Assembly: GCA_017620015.1 (NCBI GenBank)
Contig: JAFZRE010000022.1
Location: forward strand, 73,173 to 137,172
Direction of reading: 5' to 3'
DNA length: 64,000 nt
DNA from: Bacteroidales bacterium
GTDB taxonomy: Bacteria; Bacteroidota; Bacteroidia; Bacteroidales; ML635J-15
Shown here: one piece after another, positions 43,315 to 52,538 of the stretch
Position numbering within the stretch: the stretch's first letter is position 1
Layout: the number at the start of each line of letters is the position of its first letter
Translations under genes and position numbers: made by a program
The notes under the pieces: generated by a model
What the model was told of the DNA's origin: nothing
The model's database searches: none
What the model saw: only the letters and a program-made list of their open reading frames with translations

Positions 43315-44349
43315 TCAAAAATATTCTCTCACCGCAAATTCAAACTGCGAAATATATATTTCCTTGAATGCGTACAAATTATTCTGTTCATAGAATATTA
43401 ATATCGCCTTCTTATAATCAATTGTGTCAACAGTACGGAACGATATTGGGCAATAGCCATTTGCCATCAGCAATGCATTTGCGACAAGACGAGCAGTTCT
43501 CTTATTTCCATCCATAAATGGCTGTATATAACTTAAAAGAAGCAAGGCCAACAACGACTTTTCAAACACATTGTTCCTATTATTTATAAGAGTACACATA
43601 TCACGCAATGCCTCTCGAATCTGGAACTCGTTGTCGAGCGGGCGATAATTTGTACCAGTGATGCCAACACGACGATGACGAATTCCTTTGTCAACAGACA
43701 AATCCTGAGTAAGAATCGTATGAATGTCCTCTATACGACCTATAGTCAGTTCTTCAAGATAATCGGGATTATCAAGGATAAAACGCAATGCATACTTATG
43801 GTTCAATAGCATAACGGCCTCCTCTTTGGATTTTCCATCGGCAGTCTTGCTTCCTCGCAAAAGCCTCTCGGTCTCCAATAAAGAATACGTGTTACCCTCA
43901 ATTTGCGAAGATTTCCAACTGAAATCAATTCCCAGCCGTTCAAACTCCTTCCGCTGTTCTCCTTCTGTCATTTCTGACAAATGCTTACAAAATAGCGACT
44001 GCGCATCATTCAACCTTGCAAGTTCATCATCCGAAAACAATAAAACTTTCGGCAACTGCTCATTAATCAAGTCAAAGTTGAAAACCTTTTGTACTACGCG
44101 TTCATCAATATCTTTGGCAAAATATGTATCTAGATTCAAAGGCATCAGCAAGTGGGCCGAAGCGGATAACGAATAACGCGTTGCCCGGCCTTTTCCAGTG
44201 ACAACAATATATCCGGAATCAACCGCCGAAGCAATTTTCCTCTTCAATGTAGCATCACTACCTTCAAATGAAACCCCAGCAAATATCTCATCTCGCGAAC
44301 TTTCAGGATGATAATGCAGGAACTGAAATATTTCTCTATCCGAATCCAT
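43315..44349 (-). CDS. Fic/DOC-family protein with N-terminal winged-helix domain; Fic motif has Gln in place of the catalytic His
   Basis: The core reads YIQPFMDGNKRTAR, whereas the canonical motif is HxFx(D/E)GN(G/K)RxxR. An upstream SSQIEGN matches the (S/T)xxxE(G/N) inhibitory motif. Confidence 0.8.
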   Translation of the reverse strand: MDSDREIFQFLHYHPESSRDEIFAGVSFEGSDATLKRKIASAVDSGYIVVTGKGRATRYSLSASAHLLMPLNLDTYFAKDIDERVVQKVFNFDLINEQLPKVLLFSDDELARLNDAQSLFCKHLSEMTEGEQRKEFERLGIDFSWKSSQIEGNTYSLLETERLLRGSKTADGKSKEEAVMLLNHKYALRFILDNPDYLEELTIGRIEDIHTILTQDLSVDKGIRHRRVGITGTNYRPLDNEFQIREALRDMCTLINNRNNVFEKSLLALLLLSYIQPFMDGNKRTARLVANALLMANGYCPISFRTVDTIDYKKAILIFYEQNNLYAFKEIYISQFEFAVREYF

Positions 44350-44357
44350 AAGTAGTC

Positions 44358-44371
44358 AAAAAAAAAAAAAA
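44358..44371. repeat. homopolymer A14 (T14 on the coding strand) between the Fic -7 box and start codon
   Basis: I counted 14 consecutive A at 44358-44371. The Fic ATG is at 44349 and the box TATTTTTG at 44378-44385. Confidence 0.9.
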
Positions 44372-44377
44372 TCGGCT

Positions 44378-44385
44378 CAAAAATA
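44378..44385 (-). promoter_or_regulatory. -7 box TATTTTTG for the Fic gene
   Basis: The plus strand reads caaaaata. Confidence 0.45.
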
Positions 44386-44485
44386 CTAAAATTTTCAATA
44401 TTATCGGCTCACTCATGAACCGAAAAAGAAGAAAAAGACATCCGATTTGAGCCGAAAAGATAAAATACAATCAATATCAGAAGAA

Positions 44486-46126
44486 TTAATTTCGCAAACA
44501 CCTTACACTAACACCAACACTCTTGTGATTGTGCGTTTTGCTCAACTCTTCCAAATCATATCTAAGTCTCCTATCCCACGCACTATTAGAATCACCATAT
44601 TCTGTATCAGAAGTCCACCACCAAGTACGATTCCCTTTTTCTTGAAAATGAGAAGTGGCAATTTTCATTCCTGCCGGTTTACCATTGAAACTGCTTGTAT
44701 TGTTCTTAGGTTGCAACCATCCTGGAGTGTTTTCTATCTCAGAATCAACCCAACCACAAGTTGAAGCCAACGACTTAGCTATTACATTATGCGTTTCCCT
44801 ATCGTTATCCGTATCAATATAATCGTCAAAATTATAACCATTATTCTCTAGATACACTTCCAATTGCGACCATTCGGCATCGCTAGGCAGATGCCAGCCA
44901 GCAGGACAAGCAGACTGCGCCGCCTCCCAGTTGTACAAAACACCAAACTCGCTGTAATTGGGATTATTCCTGGCTTCATTTACATCTGTACCATCATAAT
45001 CATAAACATAATATCTCGCATCGACGACAGAAGCATCTGCAAGATAATTTACATTCGGAAGATAGCGCAGATTCTCCGAAAACCACTCCTGCTCACCCAA
45101 CATAATGGAGCAATATGAATTTCCATCGCGCTCGTCATACACTCCAGAACCCAAATGCAACCACAACAAAACAATGCTGTCGCAGCCGTTTGCCGCAGTA
45201 AGAATCTGCTGATAGCTACCGCTCTCGGTAAAAGTTTCGCCATTGTACACAAACGGATCTGCACATGTATTTATTTCCACCTCACTATACACGGGAACAC
45301 CATTATTAGTAATAGTTAAATGCAGAAGCACAATGCTATCGCAGCCATGAACATCTTGAAACGTATGCTCATAATCGCCGCTTTCGGTATAAGTTTCACT
45401 ACCAAAAACATACGCAGCACATCTTTCCACATTTATTTCCGTATGCGAAGGAGCAGGACAATCTACAATATCAAATTCAAGGGATATATCCTCACTTCCA
45501 GCCTGCACTTTTGTCACCGGCGTACTTGTGTACGAAACACCATTATATGTAGCATAACCTGTGTATCTCATATCATCGTTAAGATTGAAGTCACCACTGA
45601 CAACAATCTTTTCGCTAGCCATTGTGCCTTTGCTCCAAATACGGTCAGCATTGCCCGAACCAATGTTCATCAGCTTTATGGTCGATGTTGTTCCGTTTGC
45701 CGTTACCGAAAGAAAATAGACATCTGGTTGCAACAAACTGACGCCAAACATATTGGCACCTTCCATTGCGTTACCATTGTATTCGGCAAACATACGCCCC
45801 GACACATCAAAAACTTTTATCGAAACAGCACCTGCCTTAGGTAAATTCACTACAAAATCTGTTTCGCCATCAAAAGGATTCGGCGCACATGAATGCATTT
45901 CGGCATCAGCAACAGGACCACTAATTCCATTAAGTATTGCAACCATTATGGTGTCGGGATATATGGCAGTCCTGTCCCACCCCTGCGAATAGTTATGAAT
46001 TGCAACGCTGTCGAGCCTCTGGTAACCGCCATTGGCATTTACTCCTGTAAACGAAACAACAACGTCCTGTGCAAACACTATCATGCTAAGGAGCAAAATT
46101 GATAATATCAGAGCTAGTTTTTTCAT
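44486..46126 (-). CDS. secreted FISUMP (Fibrobacter succinogenes major paralogous, TIGR02145-like) domain protein with the same N-terminal T9SS-CTD-like module
   Basis: ORF 44486..46150, with start MKKLALILSILLLSMIVFAQ (cat at 46124-46126). The N-terminal module has RLDSV..GW..T.IYPDT..APNPFDGETDFVVNLP..VSIKVFDVSGRM..YFLSV..TIKLMNIG. The C-terminus has MLGEQEWFSENL..GVLYNWEAAQSACPAGWHLPSDAEWSQLE...GVSVRCLRN. Confidence 0.85.
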   Translation of the reverse strand: MKKLALILSILLLSMIVFAQDVVVSFTGVNANGGYQRLDSVAIHNYSQGWDRTAIYPDTIMVAILNGISGPVADAEMHSCAPNPFDGETDFVVNLPKAGAVSIKVFDVSGRMFAEYNGNAMEGANMFGVSLLQPDVYFLSVTANGTTSTIKLMNIGSGNADRIWSKGTMASEKIVVSGDFNLNDDMRYTGYATYNGVSYTSTPVTKVQAGSEDISLEFDIVDCPAPSHTEINVERCAAYVFGSETYTESGDYEHTFQDVHGCDSIVLLHLTITNNGVPVYSEVEINTCADPFVYNGETFTESGSYQQILTAANGCDSIVLLWLHLGSGVYDERDGNSYCSIMLGEQEWFSENLRYLPNVNYLADASVVDARYYVYDYDGTDVNEARNNPNYSEFGVLYNWEAAQSACPAGWHLPSDAEWSQLEVYLENNGYNFDDYIDTDNDRETHNVIAKSLASTCGWVDSEIENTPGWLQPKNNTSSFNGKPAGMKIATSHFQEKGNRTWWWTSDTEYGDSNSAWDRRLRYDLEELSKTHNHKSVGVSVRCLRN

Positions 46127-46147
46127 AATCCAATATATTACCTGATG

Positions 46148-46155
46148 CAAATATA
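46148..46155 (-). promoter_or_regulatory. -7 box TATATTTG
   Basis: The plus strand reads caaatata, 22 nt upstream of the ATG at 46126. Confidence 0.5.
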
Positions 46156-46208
46156 CTTTCTTTTAGCCAATTACAAAAATTTTCTTACTTGTCAATATGA
46201 TTGCCGCA

Positions 46209-46330
46209 AAAAGGTTATCATAATAACCTATTTATAATATATTTCGGTTAATATTATAACCTATTTAATAAATATTACGGTTAACTAAATAATCTTTCTA
46301 TTAAATAATTTGGTTATTGAAATAACCTTT
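46209..46330. repeat. cluster of GGTTAT-N4-6-ATAACC palindromes upstream of the AAA ATPase gene
   Basis: aaaaggttatcataataacctattt is at 46209, cggttaatattataacctattt at 46245 and tggttattgaaataaccttt at 46311. Two further copies lie at 47575-47601 and 47612-47632. Confidence 0.75.
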
Positions 46331-46332
46331 AC

Positions 46333-46340
46333 TATCTTTG
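46333..46340 (+). promoter_or_regulatory. -7 box TATCTTTG
   Basis: It lies 23 nt upstream of the ATG at 46363. Confidence 0.5.
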
Positions 46341-46362
46341 CGGGCGACAAAAACGGAAAAAT

Positions 46363-47559
46363 ATGGAAACATTACTAAATAAGCACCGCATACTAATTTC
46401 GCAGGTAAACACCGACATTGTACGCGATATAATGTATAGCATCGACTGGGAAAAGCAACTGGTTGCCATCCGTGGTTCACGCGGTGTCGGCAAGACTACG
46501 CTTATCCGCCAATATATCAAAATGAAGTATGGAGAGCAAGCTGGCGAAGCACTTTACTGCACTCTCGACAGCATGTTTTTTGCCAACCACACTCTGCTTG
46601 AGCTAGCAGAATACTTCCACCTTATGGGCGGGAAGCACTTGTTTCTTGACGAAGTACACAAATATCCATCGTGGAGCCGCGAAATAAAGGAGATAATTGA
46701 CCTATATCCCGACATGCGGATTACCTTCACAGGTTCTTCTCTGATACAGATACTAAATGCAGACGCCGACCTGTCGCGACGTGTGCTAAGCTACTCAATG
46801 GAAGGATTGTCGTTCCGTGAATTCCTGCGTTTCTACAAAGGAATCAAGTTACCTATATTCAAATTGTCCGACATAATTTCCTCTCCATACAACATCTGCA
46901 AGAAAGTGAATGCTGTCTGCCGTCCCCAGAAAATGTTCGAAGAATACCTTCGCGTAGGTTACTACCCATTTTACGACGGCAATCAGGACGAATACTACAG
47001 CCGCATAGAGAATGTCGCGAACTTCATCATCGAACAGGAACTGACTCTATTCTGCGGTGTAGAGCCTTCATATACGCGCCGTATAAAAGCAATGCTTCTA
47101 TATCTTGCCGAAAATGTACCGTTTGAAGTAAATATAGTCAAGCTTGCAAACTACCTGGAACTGAACAAGCACACCGTGTTAAGCTACCTCGACAGCTTGC
47201 GCCGCGCCGAACTGCTCCACCTGCTCTATTCCGACAATAAGTCAGTAACAAAAATGCAAAAGCCAGACAAGATTTATCTACACAATCCGAACCTCTTTTA
47301 CGCTATCGGACAGCAAAACCAGATAGGTACATTGCGCGAATGTTTTGTCGTGAACCAACTGGCAGCTTCGCACTCTGTCGAGTATGGCAAGGCAAACGGA
47401 GATTTCCTTATAGATGGGAAAATTACATTTGAAGTCGGAGGACAAGGCAAAACTTTCGACCAGATTGCAAACCTACCAAACTCGTATATATTGGCAGACA
47501 TGATGGAATTTCCTATCGGCAAGAAACTGCCATTGTGGATTGTCGGAATGACATATTAA
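46363..47559 (+). CDS. AAA-family ATPase of the AAA_14 + DUF4143 type
   Basis: Walker A is IRGSRGVGKTTL and Walker B is LFLDEVH. The C-terminal half resembles DUF4143 (a restriction-endonuclease-like fold, from memory). Confidence 0.7.
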   Translation: METLLNKHRILISQVNTDIVRDIMYSIDWEKQLVAIRGSRGVGKTTLIRQYIKMKYGEQAGEALYCTLDSMFFANHTLLELAEYFHLMGGKHLFLDEVHKYPSWSREIKEIIDLYPDMRITFTGSSLIQILNADADLSRRVLSYSMEGLSFREFLRFYKGIKLPIFKLSDIISSPYNICKKVNAVCRPQKMFEEYLRVGYYPFYDGNQDEYYSRIENVANFIIEQELTLFCGVEPSYTRRIKAMLLYLAENVPFEVNIVKLANYLELNKHTVLSYLDSLRRAELLHLLYSDNKSVTKMQKPDKIYLHNPNLFYAIGQQNQIGTLRECFVVNQLAASHSVEYGKANGDFLIDGKITFEVGGQGKTFDQIANLPNSYILADMMEFPIGKKLPLWIVGMTY

Positions 47560-47574
47560 AATCATTCATAATGC

Positions 47575-47601
47575 AAAAAAGGTTATTACAATAACCTTTT
47601 T
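47575..47601. terminator. bidirectional hairpin between the AAA ATPase gene and ispD
   Basis: aaaaaaggttatt-acaa-taaccttttt has an A-run before and a T-run after. Confidence 0.65.
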
Positions 47602-47620
47602 ACATTATAATATGGTTATA

Positions 47621-48340
47621 CTAATAACCTTTGTCTGAAATAAGATTCTCCAGCAAGCTCAAATCCTTTGGATAAGTTACCTTTATATTCGAATCCTCGC
47701 CATCGGCAATGAAAATCTTCTCGTTTGGAAGATAGCGCGAAACTACACCGCAATCGTCGGTAGCGACAAAATTCGGGTCGGCAAGAGCAAATTTATATGC
47801 CTGCTCAATAGTTTCGTAACGGAATGCCTGAGGCGTCTGCTGGCAACGCAAAAGCTGACGCTGCAAAATCTCGCTAATCATACGTCCCGATTCGTCAACC
47901 TTCACAATTGTGTCGGTTGCCGGCACAGCGACTGCGATAGAATTATAAGTTTCAAGGGCCGAAACCACATCCGAAATTATCCTCTGCGAAACCATCGGGC
48001 GAACTGCATCATGGAAAATAAGGTTGCAATCAATGCCTTCGTATGCCCGAATTGCCGACATGCTTGAATCGGAACGCTCATTGCCTCCATTTAAAATATG
48101 CTTCAGTTTCGACCACGAGTTTGCTGCTGCAATTTCTTCCATCAGCGGAACAAAGTCCTTGTTAACGACAACAGCAATCTCGTCAATGCCAGCATTTTTC
48201 TCGAATGCGTCAATAGAATATTCAATTATCCGCCTTCCGCCAACTTGCAAAAACTGCTTTGGCAAATCGCCTCCAATCCTGCGACCGCTTCCACCAGCCA
48301 AAACTACCGCTACATTCTTTCTTTTCATCTTGCTACTCAA
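47621..48340 (-). CDS. ispD: 2-C-methyl-D-erythritol 4-phosphate cytidylyltransferase
   Basis: VAVVLAGGSGRRIGGDLPKQFLQVGGRRII, HDAVRP and VPATDT are present. Confidence 0.92.
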   Translation of the reverse strand: MSSKMKRKNVAVVLAGGSGRRIGGDLPKQFLQVGGRRIIEYSIDAFEKNAGIDEIAVVVNKDFVPLMEEIAAANSWSKLKHILNGGNERSDSSMSAIRAYEGIDCNLIFHDAVRPMVSQRIISDVVSALETYNSIAVAVPATDTIVKVDESGRMISEILQRQLLRCQQTPQAFRYETIEQAYKFALADPNFVATDDCGVVSRYLPNEKIFIADGEDSNIKVTYPKDLSLLENLISDKGY

Positions 48341-50288
48341 TGCTTACAACCTTAAACTCTGTACGGCGGTTCTGCGCACGTCCTTCCTCGGTGTCGTTGG
48401 TGGCAATAGGAACCGAAAAGTCGTATCCGCTGTACGACAGGCGTTCCTTCGCAATTCCCTGCGACACAAGATAATTGTAAACCGACTTCGCACGATTCTC
48501 CGACAAGGTCTTGTTGTAGGCCTTGGTGCCAACATTGTCGGTATGACCGCCGATTTCTATCTTCATCTTCGGATTTGCATTCATGTATTCCACAACCTTG
48601 CCAAGTTCGGTGTATGAATCGGGCAACAAGTCGTAGCTGTCGGTCTTGAAGAAAATGTTTTTCAGAACCACCGTCACGCCTTTTTCTATCGGCTGAAGCG
48701 GAATATTCATAATGTACGGTTCCTCGGGATGTTCAAGGTTGGTGAGCGAAAAGTTCTCGGAGTAGAACAGATAGCCCTCACGCGAAACGTTGAAGGCATA
48801 GTCCTTGTCGATTGGCAGACATACCATATATTCGCCGTCCTTGTCGCCAGAAAACATATCCACCATCTTCTCTCCACTCTCAATGTCAAGCATTTCGCAT
48901 TTTGCCTTGAGCCTTTCGTTGGTCTTCGAATCGTAGATATAACCCTTGACGTAGGTGACAGTCACCGGCTTAACCTCTGGTGGAAGTTCAAATCCGTAAA
49001 TGTCCAAGTCGCGCTTGGTGCTCGACGACGAAAACATTGCAAGGTCGCCCTTTGCGTTCACAATAAGACTCCTCTCCTCGCCCAAGGTATTTATCGGATA
49101 GCCAAGGTTTTTCGGCTTCGACCAAGTCTTGCCTTCGTCCTCGGTCTTTGCAACAAACAAGTCGTAGCTTCCAAGTCCAGGATGTCCCTTTGATGCGAAA
49201 TACAAGGTCTTGCAGTCGGGATGTATAAACGGAGAAATGTCCTCGTATGGCGTATTAACTTTTCCGCCAAGGTTTTCGGCAGGCTTCATGGCATTTCCCT
49301 TGCTGTCAATCTGCACGCGCCAGATGTCGGTCTTGCCGAAACCTCCCGACCGCGACGACGAGAAATACAAATACTTTCCGTCCGACGACAGCGAAGGATT
49401 GCTCTCCCAGAATTCTGTATTCACCGAACGCATATTCTGCGGCTGCGACCACTGCTTGCCTTCCCAGAACATTATGTACAAGTCGCAACTTCCCTTGCCG
49501 TCGGGACGGTTGCAAGCCGTTATCACACAAGTCTTTCCATCGGCGGAAATACATTGTGCACCTTCGTTGAGTTCGGTGTTGATTCTACCGGGAAGCGGTG
49601 CCCCCGAATCGTACTTGCCAGTCTGCGGGTTGCGGTAGGCATAGAACAAATCCTCGTGCATATTCGATTGGTTACGCGACGGATTGTTGGGATTGAGCGG
49701 AATCTGCCTTGTGAACACCAGCATTTCCTCGTCAGCAGACAACGATGGCCAGTATTCGTCCCATTCAGTATTTATCTTGCCCACGCTCTTCGGCTTGAAA
49801 TTCACAGGATTACGCACCGCACTATCCGAAAAAGTTATGTATTCGCGCAGACGCTCGGTATCGAACTTCTTGTAACGGGCAACATCGGCATTGGCATAGA
49901 AAAAATCAATGTAGTTTTTTGCCGAAGCATAGTCGCCGATACCATAATTATGCATTGCAAGCTTCAAGGTTATGCCGTAGTCGAAGTGCGGGTCAAGGTC
50001 AACTACCTTCTCGTAATAGGCAATCGACGACTTTATATCTCCAAGAAAATCATACACTTCCGCTTTCAGCATATATGCCTCGATAAACATCGAATCCTTG
50101 GCGATTGCATTGTCAACCTCCTGCAGGGCAAGTTTTACAGTCTGATTTGTTTTTCCATTCTCATAGTAAGCCACAGCCTTCTCGAAACACTTTATCGCCG
50201 CCTTCGACTTGGTATGATATTCCTCGTTCTGCGAAAAAACGAATCCGCAAACGAACAACAGAGCCAATATGCAAAATAATTTCTTCAT
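48333..50288 (-). CDS. OmpA-family periplasmic/outer-membrane protein with TPR, TolB-like beta-propeller, CarboxypepD_reg-like and OmpA C-terminal domains
   Basis: ORF 48333..50306, with start MKKLFCILALLFVCGFVFSQ. The C-terminal peptidoglycan-binding motif is IGGHTDNVGTKAYNKTLSENRAKSV...NRRTEFKV. It has an 8-nt overlap with ispD. Confidence 0.85.
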   Translation of the reverse strand: MKKLFCILALLFVCGFVFSQNEEYHTKSKAAIKCFEKAVAYYENGKTNQTVKLALQEVDNAIAKDSMFIEAYMLKAEVYDFLGDIKSSIAYYEKVVDLDPHFDYGITLKLAMHNYGIGDYASAKNYIDFFYANADVARYKKFDTERLREYITFSDSAVRNPVNFKPKSVGKINTEWDEYWPSLSADEEMLVFTRQIPLNPNNPSRNQSNMHEDLFYAYRNPQTGKYDSGAPLPGRINTELNEGAQCISADGKTCVITACNRPDGKGSCDLYIMFWEGKQWSQPQNMRSVNTEFWESNPSLSSDGKYLYFSSSRSGGFGKTDIWRVQIDSKGNAMKPAENLGGKVNTPYEDISPFIHPDCKTLYFASKGHPGLGSYDLFVAKTEDEGKTWSKPKNLGYPINTLGEERSLIVNAKGDLAMFSSSSTKRDLDIYGFELPPEVKPVTVTYVKGYIYDSKTNERLKAKCEMLDIESGEKMVDMFSGDKDGEYMVCLPIDKDYAFNVSREGYLFYSENFSLTNLEHPEEPYIMNIPLQPIEKGVTVVLKNIFFKTDSYDLLPDSYTELGKVVEYMNANPKMKIEIGGHTDNVGTKAYNKTLSENRAKSVYNYLVSQGIAKERLSYSGYDFSVPIATNDTEEGRAQNRRTEFKVVSIE

Positions 50289-50300
50289 ATTCATGACAAT

Positions 50301-50335
50301 AAACAAAAAGCAAGCCGAGAAAATTCCCGACTTGC
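50301..50335 (-). terminator. rho gene terminator overlapping the next promoter box
   Basis: The minus strand reads GCAAGTCGGG-AATTTT-CTCGGCTTGC followed by TTTTTGTTT. The -7 box TATATTTG (plus strand 50335-50342) shares its last G with the first stem base. Confidence 0.5.
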
Positions 50336-50360
50336 AAATATAATAATATTTTGTGAATCG

Positions 50361-52190
50361 CTATAGTCCCTTGTCCATTGTGAGCAGGAACTCTTCGTTC
50401 GATTGTGTCTGCGGCAGGCGGGTGCGGATGAATTCCATAGCCTCCACCGAATTCATGTCGGCAAGGAACTCGCGCATAACCCAAAGCCTGTTTACCAAAT
50501 CTGGATTTACAAGCAAATCCTCGCGACGTGTACTCGAAGCGGTAACATCCACAGCAGGGTAAATTCTGCGGTTCGAGAGCTTGCGGTCGAGCTGAAGTTC
50601 CATATTACCAGTACCCTTGAATTCCTCGAAAATCACATCGTCCATCTTGGAGCCGGTTTCGGTAAGTGCCGTTGCAAGAATAGTGAGCGAACCGCCGTTT
50701 TCGATGTTACGAGCAGCACCGAAGAAACGTTTCGGCTTATGCAGTGCGTTGGAATCGACACCACCCGACAAAACCCTACCCGAAGCAGGTGCAACTGTGT
50801 TGTAAGCACGGGCGAGACGAGTGATGGAGTCAAGCAGAATTACCACATCGTGACCGCATTCGACCATACGCTTAGCCTTTTCAAGCACAATGCTGGCAAC
50901 CTTTACGTGGTGGTCGGCGGGTTCGTCGAATGTAGAAGCAACAACCTCGGCGTTTACGTCGCGTGCCATATCGGTAACTTCCTCGGGACGTTCGTCAATA
51001 AGCAATATAATAAGGTAAACTTCGGGATGGTTGGCTGCGATTGCATTTGCGATTTCCTTGAGCAATACAGTCTTACCAGTCTTAGGCTGAGCAACTATCA
51101 AACCACGCTGTCCCTTGCCTATCGGGGTGAACAAATCGACAACTCGTGTGGAAAGGGTTGCGTGTCCCTTGCCTGTAATATTGAACTTTTCGGTCGGGAA
51201 CAAAGGCGTCAGGTGATCGAACGGAATCCTGTCGCGAACAAGCATCGGGTCAAGACCATTTATCTTGATAACCTTTGTCAGCGGGAAATACTTTTCGCCT
51301 TCCTTCGGCGGACGGACAGCACCTTCGATGGTGTCGCCAGTCTTCAAACCGAAAAGCTTTATCTGCGACTGCGAAACATACACATCATCGGGCGAATTCA
51401 GGTAGTAATAATCCGAAGAACGCAGGAATCCGTAGTTCTCGGGCATAATCTCCAACACGCCAGATACCGTAACGACATTGGAAAAATCGTAGTTAACAAG
51501 CGGAGCATTGTCGTCGATTGTCGAAGCCGTTTTTGGAGCAAAAGGCAATTCGCCAGACTTCTGCTGTTCGGGACGCATTTGCGGTCTCCTGAAATTCTGC
51601 TGCTGCCTGTTATTATCGTTATTTTCGAAACGTGTAGCATTATTGTTCTGCACTGGCTGCTGTGGAGCCGCAACTTGCTCTTTTTCAACATTTACAGCAG
51701 TTGGTTCTTCCGTCATCGGTCTTGCATTTACCACCGGTCGCTGATTTTCCTGATTGTTGAATACCAACTTTGCAGCAGCACCAGTCTCATCAAGATGAGT
51801 TGTCATTATTGGCGCCTGGATTCTTGCCCTGCGATGGCGTTTGCGTTGTGTAGGCCTGTCATTTTCAGCCGATTCTATTATTTCTGTTTCGTCTGAATCA
51901 TCATCGTCGTCATCATCTGTTTCCAAATTTGGTGCAGACACTACCGATTCAACTTTCCTTGGGCGACCACGACGATTATTTTCCTTCAGCGGAGCCATAA
52001 TGTCGGTAACGCCAACCAGCAAATCATCATCATCGTCGTCATCATCACCGAAATCCGGGTCTTCCGTATCCTGTATCCTTCTTATCAAATCTTGTTTTCT
52101 AAACGCTTCTACTCTTTTGATACCCAAGCCCTTTGCATATTCGCGTAACTCGGGCAGCAACATTTCGTTCAACTCTGAATAAGTTTTCAT
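50361..52190 (-). CDS. rho: transcription termination factor Rho with a ~200-aa disordered N-terminal insertion
   Basis: Walker A is [16 protein letters not shown] and the RNA-binding domain has [14 protein letters not shown]. The insertion carries poly-D runs and Q/N/R-rich sequence (residues ~35-235). Confidence 0.95.
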   Translation of the reverse strand: MKTYSELNEMLLPELREYAKGLGIKRVEAFRKQDLIRRIQDTEDPDFGDDDDDDDDLLVGVTDIMAPLKENNRRGRPRKVESVVSAPNLETDDDDDDDSDETEIIESAENDRPTQRKRHRRARIQAPIMTTHLDETGAAAKLVFNNQENQRPVVNARPMTEEPTAVNVEKEQVAAPQQPVQNNNATRFENNDNNRQQQNFRRPQMRPEQQKSGELPFAPKTASTIDDNAPLVNYDFSNVVTVSGVLEIMPENYGFLRSSDYYYLNSPDDVYVSQSQIKLFGLKTGDTIEGAVRPPKEGEKYFPLTKVIKINGLDPMLVRDRIPFDHLTPLFPTEKFNITGKGHATLSTRVVDLFTPIGKGQRGLIVAQPKTGKTVLLKEIANAIAANHPEVYLIILLIDERPEEVTDMARDVNAEVVASTFDEPADHHVKVASIVLEKAKRMVECGHDVVILLDSITRLARAYNTVAPASGRVLSGGVDSNALHKPKRFFGAARNIENGGSLTILATALTETGSKMDDVIFEEFKGTGNMELQLDRKLSNRRIYPAVDVTASSTRREDLLVNPDLVNRLWVMREFLADMNSVEAMEFIRTRLPQTQSNEEFLLTMDKGL

Positions 52191-52356
52191 TCTATAAATT
52201 AGATGTTATAAAATTAATCGTAAAATTGTTTTTCCCCTCAGGGACATTATATCAATAAATAAGTGCCAATTTTCAAACCATACGAGCGGTTCTTTCAAAT
52301 ATTTCCATTGTGATTTTTAATCTTCAGAAATGAATTGACTACTTATCAATCGCTTG

Positions 52357-52364
52357 CAAAAATA
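52357..52364 (-). promoter_or_regulatory. -7 box TATTTTTG for rho, implying a ~160-nt leader
   Basis: The plus strand reads caaaaata, 167 nt upstream of the rho ATG at 52190. Confidence 0.4.
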
Positions 52365-52538
52365 TATCTTTTTACTAAAATCCAAAGCTTTTTTCGCTTA
52401 GTTTTTTTTCACAGGGACGCAAAGTTGCAAAACATTGTTTCCCAATAGTTTAAAATGCTTATTAACATGCATTCGCACTTGATTTTCCAAGGCGAAACCG
52501 CCCAAACATCAAGCGTAGCAAAGGAAAAGGCGACTTTT

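Noticed and set aside
50403-51896. 497-aa + strand ORF
   Set aside because: It is antisense to rho. Comparable long shadows in ileS (30453..31526, 31809..32807), meaB (10168..11079), ygiQ (36241..37023), the ompA-family gene (49221..50279), pheT (52455..53303, 54156..54899) and argS (62338..63162) are rejected for the same reason.
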